Assembly: GCF_964204865.1 (NCBI RefSeq)
Contig: NC_135256.1
Location: 6,696,001 to 6,760,000, forward strand
Source: Styela clava
Taxonomy: Eukaryota
DNA: 64,000 nt
Reading direction: 5' to 3'
A program made the translations under genes and the position numbers. The notes beneath the pieces were generated by a model. It searched no databases. It was not told where the DNA came from and saw only the letters and a list, made by a program, of their open reading frames with translations. Below, in pieces: positions 1 through 11,508 of this stretch. The stretch's first letter is position 1. Each line of letters begins with the position of its first letter.

Positions 1-1334
1 ATGAAAGATTGCAGCCAGTCGTCCAATTTGTGAATGAATGAACAGTGGAGTGAGACTTTGTTGATAAAAAATCGGTTATACGACATTCAAATTGACTAAA
101 TTAGCTGCTTTCCTATTTAGGAATCAAGTGTGTTAATCCGAATCAAGTGTGTGAATATTTCATATAATAATTCCTAAATAAATATATTCCGTGAACGTCA
201 TTAATTAATACTTACTTTTAAAATTTTATGTAGATTCAATTACATTTATTAAATGTATAGTGTAAAATTCGTTACTGTTTCAAATATTATGAATATTTTT
301 CGGTAGTTCCTAATCAAACTGCAGCTCGCAATTTTTTTTTATTGGAAATTTCTAGAACTTGTTTCAAACCTGGTGCCTGACGTATTCAATCACTCACGAT
401 TTCAGTAAAATGAAAATGAATATATATGAAGATGTAAGCAATATAATAATCTTTGTGTGTTCAGTATTCTTAAGTAGCTCATCTGGTGCATCTGACAGGC
501 ACAATACCGACAAGAACAGCTAACCGTAAGATTAAATAATGTATAAAAATGGGTACTCCCGTTGTATGTGTACCAGGTTAGGCTTGGGCATATTTTTATT
601 CCTATTTTCCATATTTTAGTTATATTACTAGTTCGGGGACTAACTTACACAACTTGAGGTAAAGTAGGCAAACAAAATTTGTTACATCCATATTGGTACA
701 AAATGAATGAGGTTTTATTGTGTGCATTCTTAGACAGTACAACAATTAAAAACGATGATATAGCAATGTGTAAATTTGAGTCGAGAAAAGCGAAAAAGGC
801 CTGCCTGAAGACTTGAAACATAGAAGAATGCGCAGAACTCAATAATTTGCGCAGATTACTCCTACCGCCTTCCCCGACCAATGTCAACGTCCGTTTATAA
901 GTAACGCAATGGGCTTGATATATGCTCTCGTTAGACTCCGTCGTTATTCATGTGGTTCGAACGCTTCGGAAGTAAATATTGGTTGATTTGATTTATTATG
1001 TTTGCCGACATTGTTTGCGAACCGTGTAGATTTAACCGCACTAATTATTTTAAACATGGACACTCTTGCAATCGCTGGTTACAAAAGATTTGATATTGAT
1101 ACACACAATACCATTCATATACTGTGTATTATATATAAAGAGCATTCTCCTGCATTGCATATGATTTCGAGTCTCCTCATATGAAACTTTAAAGGATTTG
1201 GTTCATACATATCTGCGGCTTAAAATGAAACATCAATTAAATCTCACTATTTTATACGGGGGCCAAACCTAAATTTTGCCTACATGACGATCTAATCAAA
1301 ATACGAAAATCGCCATTTTAGTTTTTTGAATGTT

Positions 1335-1565
1335 TCCGAAGTACGTGAACCAAGATGGCGGACACCGGTACGTAGTATGTGTCCAAGGTTAGGGTTAGGC
1401 CACAATTTTATTCCAATTTTTCCTATTTTAGTTCTATTACGAGTTTGGGGACTAGCCAAGTGACTCCCGTAGTATCTGTACCTGAAATTAGGGCCTAACC
1501 CTAACGTGGTACACATACTACGTTCCGGTGTCCGCCGTCTTGGTTTACATACTTCGGGAGTACCG
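1335..1565. mobile_element. Palindromic ~235-bp MITE (family P)
   Basis: Arms GAACCAAGATGGCGGACACCGG.ACGTAGTATGTG and reverse complement, internal GGTTAGGGTTAGG; further copies at 10103-10312, 27562-27798, 58137-58372, partial at ~551-690 and ~28140-28265, short derivatives at 52008-52118 and ~53610-53715. Confidence 0.85.
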
Positions 1566-2842
1566 TTCTTTGTTGCAAGTATTTGCATCCGCAGCAGTCT
1601 TCAAGTAGCCCTTAAATAGGCCTTCAAGCCGGTATACAATTCCGTATTATCTTTCAACGCTCAACCTCCTCTGAGTTTGAAAATCACCTCACAGTTTTCC
1701 TCTCGCAGTGTACATTGCATAAACGTAATAAAAAAAGAACTAGAAACGCTTCATCCAACTCCACAAACTTTGAGCCATGAAAAGACTCAACTTCAAATCC
1801 GTCGTCGAATCTTAGGCATATTTCTGGTGATTGGTATTTCTATTTACGAAATGAGACTAAAAACTAAACTAAAGTACGTACGAATGGAATAAGATACACA
1901 CAACCTTTATTTAAAATGCTGTTGACTTTGTCTTACGACCTTAGTCAGCCTTGATTGCAATATTAGTTGTCTTTCCAAATACAAATGTGAAAATGTAACC
2001 ATTTATAAGTTGGTTTTCATACAAATCATCACCGTGTATTAGGTCAAATATCCAAATGTATTACTTTTTGATAGATAATAAGTGTGGGGTTGCAATCCAA
2101 GATTTCTAGTCTTGTATGACAATATATGAACCAACCCAAGCTGGATTAATTCTGAAACATACCTTTTCTCTCCCAACGAATGGGTAGACTTGCATAATAA
2201 AGAAATATTAACAAGGCAGAAATACAAATATATAAGAAAAGAAAACGCGGAACACACTATCCCCCTGTTCAAACAAATTATATTTTCATTTTTCTGAATT
2301 CATCATAATCTTAAAATTAGTGAACGTCAAGTGTCCGATCTGCATGGAGCATGGCGTCAAAATCCAACATAGATGTGACGTGTAGCCTGATGGGGGTATG
2401 GCTGTCAAGGTCTTCATATTAGAGAGTATTATGACTTCTATGCCATGGTTCCGACAAATTCCAATTTCAATTTAGTGTTTTAGTTTGCATATGTTAATAA
2501 ATTGACCTTACATCTAACAGTACGTAAAAAACGTGATTTTTCATAAATGCGCTTTCAGTAACGTCATTATCGCTTATTGATTAGATCAAAATAGGAGCAC
2601 CTCGTCAAGTAAACTCCGAACGCTTTTTCTTTAATTTATCGGAAAATAAAAATAGATGAATTTTTTCTTGTGGTTTTGTCCCTGGCAAGTAAAAAATGTT
2701 TTTCGAAAAATTTGAAGCAAAATGCAATTATTTACATCATAAATATATATATAGTAGGTATATTCACAATTTTTTTTATGAATGTGTTGCTTTAGTAATT
2801 TGTTTTCACTATAGCGCCAGAGGAAACTTTTACTATCTAGAT

Positions 2843-3140
2843 CAGTGGTTCTCAAATATTTTAAGCCGCGCCCCCATTTTCAGAAATTGTCAAATCTCCC
2901 GCCCCACCTCAAAAATAACTAGCTAACAATAAGATGAAAATAACATAAAGTTCGGCGAAAGTATGTTTTATTTGAAAACAACGGTTGAAAATATGTGGAT
3001 TGAGCGTAAATATACAAAATAACGAAATGTAAATATCCAAAATAAGGCGGGCAAGTTCAAATCTAACAATAATTTTTATTTTTAATGAGCTTGACGTCCC
3101 GTTAAAAAAATTGTCTACGCCCCTTTTGTGCGGCGGTATT
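2843..3140 (+). mobile_element. hAT (Charlie-like) MITE; same family as 45530-45830
   Basis: Starts CAGTGGTTCTCAAA after ATCTAGAT; colinear with the copy in BHMT-1 intron 1 (CCCAC.TCAAAA.TAACTA, GCGAAAGTATGTTTTATTT, CAAATCTAACAA). Confidence 0.75.
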
Positions 3141-3519
3141 CCACGCAATTCAAAAATTTATTTATGGCGTCATAATACAAGTTATATTTATAGAACCTTC
3201 ATTATGATTCATAGTTGATGTTATGCCGCCAATATTAAAGAGGACCTCACGAGTGATATAGCCTGGGCTTTCACAACGTCTAAATCCGGCTCCGCATGGG
3301 AGCGATATCTTTGTACAAGAAAGTTATGAACAAACAGCTTATTCGCCTTGTAAGTAATGGAAATAACTTTGAATATTAAATGTAAAAGTTTAGACAAATG
3401 AATAAAATGAACTGAAATGACAGTCAGATTGAGGGCGAATTGTCAGTCGAGATTATTGCTTTCTCATAAAGGTGTTACATAGTCCCAGAATCTGTTCATG
3501 AACTACTTTAGAAAGTATC

Positions 3520-6500
3520 TTAATTGGATGAAAATAGTTCCTTCCGGCACAAGACTCCGTGTCTATCATACAATCGTGGGTAGTTGTACATTCCTTGGTC
3601 ACCAGACGATGGATTTCTCACGGCTATCCCCATTTGAGTATAAGACGCCGTAACGTCAGGATATCCCGAGTAATAATTAGTGTATGAAGCAGTGTTTCCA
3701 TTTGACAGTAAAACTCTTTTCGTCTGTTGAAAATAAAGACACGTGAATATAAATATTGATGTGAATAGGGTCGAGGTAGTGATTTAGATTGTGGCCGCTC
3801 TGAATTCTATTTACTTCATAGTGGGCCATATATGATATACAATTGGATGAGAAAAAATCTGCTCCGAATATAGAAAAAATTGCGAACACTATCATGTCAT
3901 TCGCGCAAAAATCATTTTTGAGATCAAGGTATCTGAAAGGTGGGATCCAAGATAACTGTTAAATTACGGTAGGTGTTAGAGTAGGCATGTGAAGTGGCAT
4001 TGATAGTTTGTTTTAAGTTGCAATAATTATTGAAAATGGTTGGCCAATGGTTAAAGCAGGTATGTAAAGTGGGTTTTTTCTGGAATGAGAGATAGATTGA
4101 TAATGAAGTGAGGATTCATTACAAAATCGGATAGTTCTCACAAATGATTCTAACTGTATAGCATATATAGTCGCGACTCGCGATTTATCTACATACCGAG
4201 TGGTCATATGTCATTGCCAACGTGACTTCTACGATTGAAGAAGACATCAGTGTTCGAATATATTTGAGAACCAAATCATAATGTTGAGAATCGATTATGT
4301 CTGCTGTTTTTGCCGACATTTTTGTACACATTGCAACAGCTTTATCGTAGTTGACATCTTGTGCAGTGTGTAATGAAGCTATATAGCATTGCCCGAGGTA
4401 CACGACACCGTCACAAGTTCCTGCGAAAATCATATATATACAGTTTAAATCCTGACTTTTCTATCCGGCGCTTATTCCTTTTGATCCGATTCAAGTATTA
4501 TACCTAAGCAGCCCCTGATAAATGTAAGAGGCTGCCGTTATTTGGAAGGACCCAGGCCTAACAAATTCTTCACCCTCTGAGTGAGATGAATAGGGGGATT
4601 CGAACCCGAGATGTGCCAACACAGTCTAAGCTGTATAAACTAGGTCATCGCGCCGTGATTACACAAAAAACGAAATCAAAAGCAATCAACTTCGTGCTCT
4701 CATATCTCAAGAACCACAATAAGTGTTCAAATTGGTTTTATATTGTACAAAAGCTGGCCAATAGGAATATTTATGTCATAAATATTGATTTTAGATTTTT
4801 CAGTCGTCTTTTAGTAAAATTGGCTATTTAAAGTGCGTATGAAATTATTATGTGAAAGCAAATTTGAAATACCGAAAAACTTCAATTTTTTAAGAAATAA
4901 CTGATGTTCAATCGGCACTATATCTAGAGAATTTGAATATCTTTCTATGGACACTTTTTGCAATTATTTTACGTTGTGCCATTCAAATTTTATAAGCAAA
5001 TATGTCACATATTCCGTATAGTCTCGACTGCGTCGCTAAGACAACGTGGCGTTACCAACAACATAATGCGACGTAGTTCCATCAATTTGTTGAAGCAGTA
5101 CAATACATAAACCAAATCATGGTTTATTAGTAGATAACAGAACAATAAAAAAAAATGAAACCATATTAGACGTACTATCACGTTGTCCGACATAATTTAC
5201 AAGACGGTAGGAGTTGCAGGCTGCTTGCATGAAAATTCGCCTTCAAGATTATGGACAGCTAAAGTCGTCCAAACTTTTTTTTTTTTCGAAAAGTAAAGAT
5301 TGCCTAGTACAGTGATTCCCAGACTTTTAAAAAAAAATTCCATGAGGGACCACCTGCAATGTTTAATGGTTCCCGGCCCTGTGCACTGAAAAAAAAAACA
5401 TTAAAAGTTCGCCATATATTAAAAAACATTAGACGACTGGACTAGCATTTCGTATAACCTGATATTTTGATCTAATGAGCAGGCAAATACTCATTTAAAC
5501 TAATATTGGCGATCAAACTAACTATTTTCCAGAAGAAACATATAATTCAATTAGACCATTACAATATCATTTTACGCACCCAATGTCTCAAAGTTGACGG
5601 GATATAACTGATAATTGTTATCTTACGCAATTTGCGACGCAATACGTCTCGAATTTACGTAGTAACATCTTCGTGGCGCCAGTCATGTGATCGCTATTGC
5701 GTAGCTACGTAATGAGTACGTCGGGGTCGCTTATTGAACTTGATTACCAGACACAGAATTACATATTTCGCTATAATTCTGGTTATACATAGCCACGGAA
5801 GTAAATATTAGCTGGAAGAATATAAGGAGCTTTATGTGATTGGTAATATATTCTCACCCAAATACGAGATTCGGGATCATAACTCACTTACAAGCAGAAA
5901 AATTAGGTTTAGACTAAAATCAATTTCTCATTTTTTGACAAAATAATTTTAAAATGTAAAATTTTATCTAACTGAACGATAAAATTGGCTTTAGTTTGAG
6001 ATGTCCGTCAATTTGCCACCCATAATTGTTAAAAAGCTTTAAACTTTCAGAATACCCAATATTTCGAATTATTTTATTATTGTCATACCAATGCGGCGCT
6101 GCGAACCTTCAGGGCGAGAGAGTAACTTAGAGACGTCAGGGTTCGAAAAGTTTGAGGAAGCGGAAATAACGGATTCACTGATATTTACCTAGAAACATCT
6201 TCTTCAATTCATCAAGTCGTTCTCCTAATTCTTCAATCCTTGATGTCACTAACTTTTCCACTGTGAAAACAAATGTTTTATTTAATATTAACAAAGAAGG
6301 CCCTGGACTAGCTACTATTAGTGAGCAATTGGGGTAACTATGAACTAATTTTACTTCTCGCCGATAATTATTTTTTCAATGTTGTCTAAAACAAACGGCT
6401 ATTTTATCAAAAATTCAGACTTACCTCCCTACAGGTTAAATGCAATTATTTTTGTAAATGCATGATTAACAGGAGCAAACGTGCTCAATGTACGATGCAC

Positions 6501-6920
6501 CACAAACATAATTCAAGCAGTAAAATAGGTTTATATCGTGAAAATTGAAAATTAGTTTAAATGAAAGCAGTCCATGCAGAAGAAAAGGAAGGACTATAAT
6601 ATCAACCTAATACACCTACCGGAATTCTCAATTAGTTGTTCAACAGTAGCATTAACTTTTTGATAGTCGACAATTCCTGGCGCTCCTTGTTGACCTTTGA
6701 CCCCAGGCATCCCGATTACACCATTTTCGCCTTTCAAACCTCTTTTACCAGGCATGCCTTGTAACCGACGAGAGTGGGCTGAACCATAATTGAGAATCGA
6801 ACTGTCTTCGTCCTCTGCAAATACATCGTCGACATTCTTGCATATCATATGCTTACTTTGTGTTGCCATAATAGTAGTAAACATATGACAGAGGAACACA
6901 ATAATTACCGAACGTCTCAT
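3520..6920 (-). CDS. Collectin-like secreted protein (signal peptide + 9 Gly-X-Y collagen triplets + coiled-coil neck + divergent C-type lectin domain), 4 exons, ~266 aa
   Basis: Exons 6920-6620, 6260-6189, 4420-4197, 3723-3520 join in frame with GT-AG sites (phases 1,1,0; 801 nt). Exon1 MRRSVIIVFLCHMFTTIMA..GMPGKRGLKGENGVIGMPGVKGQQGAPG; exon2 VEKLVTSRIEELGERLDELKKMFL (heptad-like); exons 3-4 CDGVVYLGQCY..YDKAVAMC..ADII..YPD..GMYN..GVLC (CTLD cysteine pattern). Confidence 0.88.
4505..4655 (-). mobile_element. tRNA-derived SINE-like element in collectin intron 2
   Basis: Minus strand GGCGCGATGACCTAGT (A-box-like) ... GGGTTCGAATCCC (B-box). Confidence 0.55.
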
Positions 6921-7126
6921 GATACTATAATCACTGGAAAGAAATAGTAGAATGAGAATCTCTGTAAGGTCGGAAGAAAGTAACTGAAGCTAAGGAATAG
7001 ACTATAGGCCTAGGGTCAATTATTACTCTTATCACTTTATCCTATTTCCAAATCTCGTTCAATTATCCATGTGGCTAACGTCACATAAGGATCCCAAGTA
7101 GAAAATATACAAGGAGAAACGACCTA

Positions 7127-7250
7127 TCATACTTATCCAGGGGGAGAGAAAAGGCGATAAAACTGTTAAATCATATGGCACGGCTATGATGCATGGACTT
7201 GATAAAGGAAGCTGTAACCGACCAACGATTCCTTCCACCCTCGAGGGAAC
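7127..7250 (-). mobile_element. Fragment of the same SINE upstream of the collectin gene
   Basis: Reverse complement matches the 51465-51605 segments. Confidence 0.6.
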
Positions 7251-7883
7251 GTAAGTTACTTGATGGGAACTAGGTCTGGGAATTTCAGGTAAAACACTTT
7301 ACCCGTTAACCGGGTAAAATTAACCGGTTAACAGCAGCGTGACACACAATAATTTATAATTTCAGCTTGTTACGTTGCAATGGTTACAAAATAATTTTGC
7401 GTGACCTTATCCCGGTATCGCTCGAAATTATTCACGAATCGAGATAGTTTCATGATCGGTCTGCTGCAAGAGATATGCAGCATGGGTTGGACATATGGAA
7501 GTATTTTAGTAAAACCCGATTTCGTTATTAAATGTCATTTATGTGACAAATTTTTAGTGTTCGTTGTGCAAATTCTACTTTGAGATATATAAAGAAAAAC
7601 AGCATCAACTACGCACTTGTTGGTTGACATTGAATATACGATTTTCAAATAAAATTGTGAACAGTATATTTCTACCGAAAACTGATTCATAATTAATTAA
7701 TGACAAATTTCATATTCAGCGATCTTGGTACTTCGATTATTTTTCACATTTATTGGGTTCTTACCAATACAGTTAGCGATACTATTTTGAATTAAACGCC
7801 ACAGGAGATAAATTTGCGATACGTAATCATATTTGGAAGAATTGTGCATTATAAAGATAATTTGTACCTGAGATGTCAGGTAA

Positions 7884-7950
7884 CGGTTAAGATAAATCGT
7901 AAACGGATAAGATAAATCGTAATCGTTAAGATAAATCGTAACCGTTACCA
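7884..7950. repeat. Short tandem repeat TAAGATAAATCGTAA(N)CG x3-4, within a CCGGTTAA-rich transposon-like segment (~7271-8080)
   Basis: Direct reading. Confidence 0.8.
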
Positions 7951-10102
7951 TCTAAAATCGGTTAACCGGTTACAAAACATTTGATCAAATCGCAAAGAAC
8001 AAATATTTAGAAGCGCCACGCAATACGTAACTGACCCTAATCTAACTTTATTCAACTCGAGTGTTTATTTACCGGTTACCTCGCTATATATAATTTTTTT
8101 TGCGTGGGAATCCTTCTTTGTTGCCACGAGAAAAACAAAAAAAAATACGTCATGTCTCGTCATAAGGAAGTCGTCAAATTCAACATTGCAACTTTCTCGA
8201 TTGTTCCCTGTTTTTCGCTTCACCCAACACGCAACTGTGACTCAGAATTTGAAGAAACCGATGTGAAATTACAATGATTATTCACAAAGCAATGGGCTAG
8301 TGCTGTAGTTCCGAAACATTTTAATATCGTTACCGATAAATCGAATTATCAAAAGCTCAATTACCCTTTCATAAAAATAAGATTGTCAGCACGCAATTAT
8401 AATAACAACGACATGAGCAATGTCCTGATTTAATCCCAGGGTGGCACTTTTTCTTCAATGTTAAACGATAAAACCTCGGTAAAGTGGAAGACAGACTGTA
8501 TCTTATTCCAACATCAAACATGAGCTAATTTCAATATTTAAAGGGCTTTGTATTTCCTATAATGGAAAAATAAAAATAAAACATTAATGACAGCTCAAAC
8601 TTCAGTATCTTATTTACAGTTCCATCAAGGCAAATCATTCGCTTTCTTGGAATCAGATTCTGATATTTGTCGCACTCTCAGATTGAGATAATAACTTGCG
8701 CATACTGCAGAAGCTAATGTAGGATCGTTTCTCAGTCAAGACGCACGATATTCAGTACGTTCATTTCTAAACCTTGGCAGCGGCAAAACTTTCATTTGTT
8801 ACGTAATAATAAGCTTTATCAGGCTTGTCCAGACTCAAATACTGTGTGCGTATACCGTATTTGGCGCATGTACAGTACTGTATTCGTCCTGTTTGAAAAC
8901 ACAACTATTTCCGCTCCCTGAATTAATTCTTTGAACCCTGACGTTTCTCAGCGAAGTTAATTTCTCGCCCTGAAGGTTTGCTGCGCCATATCTGTAGGAC
9001 AATAAACAATGTGTTGGCCACCCCTGAAGTATTTGATTAGGGCAGAATATATATAAGAGGTAAATTTGTGAAGGTTGAAGCATTATAAGGGCGTCCAAAA
9101 AACTTCATTTATATAAATACAAATTTTATTGAATTAATACCACAATGATCGAACATATAAAATAATTATAGAATCATATCATATAATCGAAAACTGCACA
9201 TCCAGATTTTCCGCATACCAGCAAAAAAAAACAGGGATTACATAAGAAAGTACCCCCTAAAATGTCAAATTCCCTTTTGGAGGTAATTATACCCAGTTTG
9301 GTAGCCCATGGACTAGTGCAGGGCTACTCAACTCGCGGACCGCCGTCCGAATCCGGACCTTTCGAGTATTAAATTTGGACTGCATCCGCTTTTGACTCTG
9401 GATGCCTCGTCAATTTTTATTTCATAATCGTGATGTAATGCATTTTTAATGCTATTTCACGGAGGGCAAAAGCAATGTCATAGCAATATAAGTTTCTCAG
9501 AGCATCGACTCACTTGTTTATTGCCTTAGCATTGGCTAATCATCAAGATTGGTGGCGTAAAAATTGATGTTTTAGCGGCCGTTTGGATTCATTTTTCACA
9601 TATTTTCAGGCATGGTGGTAAATATTAGCTTGTTTCTGTGCTGGATTATGCAAAATAGTAAACTCTCATTTCTCAGCCCCGAGATTGAAATAATTGGCAA
9701 AAACGAAGAAATGTAATTTCTCAGACTAATGATTGACAAATAACTTTCGTATTGGACGCGGAGTCGATTAATGAATCGTCGAGGCTGTGATTTTTTTTAA
9801 TATTGCTTGGAAAAATTCGTTCTTCTCTGCAACTAATATATTTCAATTCAGATACTAAGGTTTAGTCACGCAACAAACATTGTTTAATAAAACAAAGGAA
9901 TACAAAAATAAATTGAAATAACAAACATACAATATTTTGACCGCAATCAACAATGTTTTGCGATTTTTCCGGCTGAGCATTATATATCCTTATCCAGGGT
10001 GAAGTGCTAGGCTTGGGATTTGAATATTTACTGGTAATTGAACTAGAGGCTATTTATGCGACGCTCGTTTATTCTTTTCAGAACAAGGCTCATATCGTAT
10101 GC

Positions 10103-10312
10103 GAACCGATGGCGAACACCGGAACGTAGTATGTGTACCAGGTTAAGGCCATAATTGTATTCTAATTTTCCTTATTTTAGTTCTATTACGAGTTCGGGGA
10201 CTAGCCAAGTGACCCCGTAGTATTTGTACCTGAAATTATGGGCTTACCCTTACGTGGTACTCATACTACGTGACGGTGTCCGCCATCTTGGGTCGTATAC
10301 TACAGGAGTACC
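10103..10312. mobile_element. Family P MITE copy
   Basis: Same arms and central TTTTAGTTCTATTACGAGTTCGGGGACTAGCCAAG. Confidence 0.8.
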
Positions 10313-11300
10313 CAAGGCCCCATGCAAGGATCTGCTATTTATAGAAAGACCGGAATCATTTTGGTTCGATATTTTCTATCCAATTTATTACACCATATTT
10401 GTATTACACCGTTGTTGTTTGTTTGAACAATTTTACAATTGTTTTCTCTTTTTCTCGTCCAAATTATATCTCGATAAGCATAAACACTTAAACTCTGCCG
10501 TCGATTTCCGCGATTGCCAAAAGGTTTCCGGATATTTATTATTCCCTGCATAAAAGACTGTACCGAGACAATACAAAAAGATTCAATTGAAAAGGGGACA
10601 TACTATATTTGGACCACAATTGACGAGGTGCCTCTAAACGTTATCAAGTCGTCTTTTTACTGAGTGCAGCAGCTTTTACTCCTGTATTCTACCCATTGTC
10701 ACTGTTTAGTTCGGCATAGGCGTAGTTTTCCTATTTTAAACACTGATAAAAACCATAATGTCATGCTTTATAGTGGACTATTGCAACAATTTTACATGTT
10801 TTGTATGACTTTTATTTGCAACCATATATGGTAACTTCTTTCATACATATGTATCATTCAATGAAAGCGCTTATGTTTGTAGCTCCTTACAGATCAGTGG
10901 TTGTTTATTTTAAGCTGTCGATAATTGTTTAGTCTTAGTTTTTCGTATCAAACGAAATGGTTTGCGAAAGGCCTCTACTTTCATAGGTACGGATTTTTAC
11001 TCGAATCCACCACAAACGATAGCTTATTTTACAGACAAGGAAATTAAACACGACAGCAGCTCCTCACGTATCAGTGGAAGTGGGATAACGATAAAAAAGA
11101 AAATAATATCGTTGAATTCGCTGTTTGATTAAGGCAATCCTTCACTGAATTAGGCCCTCGACGGCGAAAGGATCGGCTGCAAGAAAAAGACACAGAGAAC
11201 TACGCCGCCGCCGCCTCTTTGTCTCCTGCCGCTGAAAGGAGGAAGCCATCGGAAGCAACAACTCCAGCGCCAGCAAACCTGGAGTCGAACATACCGCCAC

Positions 11301-11508
11301 CGGTTCCATTACATTTGAGTCCACGTACATTTAAACCCGTAACTTGAACCCACGACAATTGCACCTGCATACTATGTACCTATGGAAATTTGGACATACG
11401 GATATTTGAACCTATACTAACACTAACCCACGGATTTTAGCACCCGCATATAGATTGAACCCGCGGATATACGAGTGCAAATGTATGGGTTCAAATGTGC
11501 TGTCACCA
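11301..11508 (+). mobile_element. ~205-bp MITE (family Q) with ACATTTGAACCC subterminal repeats
   Basis: Reverse-complement copy at 46566-46770 in BHMT-1 intron 2; internal CTAACACTAACCC / GGGTTAGGGTTAG. Confidence 0.75.

Noticed and set aside
1385-1400. TTAGGG motifs as telomere or interstitial telomere
   Set aside because: Only about two units each time and always embedded in MITE arms.
1292-1588. Short ORFs with mutual similarity (1292-1588, 10224-10553, 58124-58345)
   Set aside because: They are translations of the family P MITE, not a protein family.
7884-7950. Repeat arrays (also 61270-61740) as CRISPR-like arrays
   Set aside because: No unique spacers, no cas genes and a eukaryotic context; ordinary tandem repeats.
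6075-9026. ~85-100 bp inverted homology (6075-6170 vs 8905-9005) bracketing collectin exons 1-2, suggesting a Pack-type transposon capturing exons
   Set aside because: The right copy continues to its own hAT terminus (GTTGGCCACCCCTG, 9026) while the left copy has no terminus or TSD; independent fragments of one MITE family is the simpler explanation.
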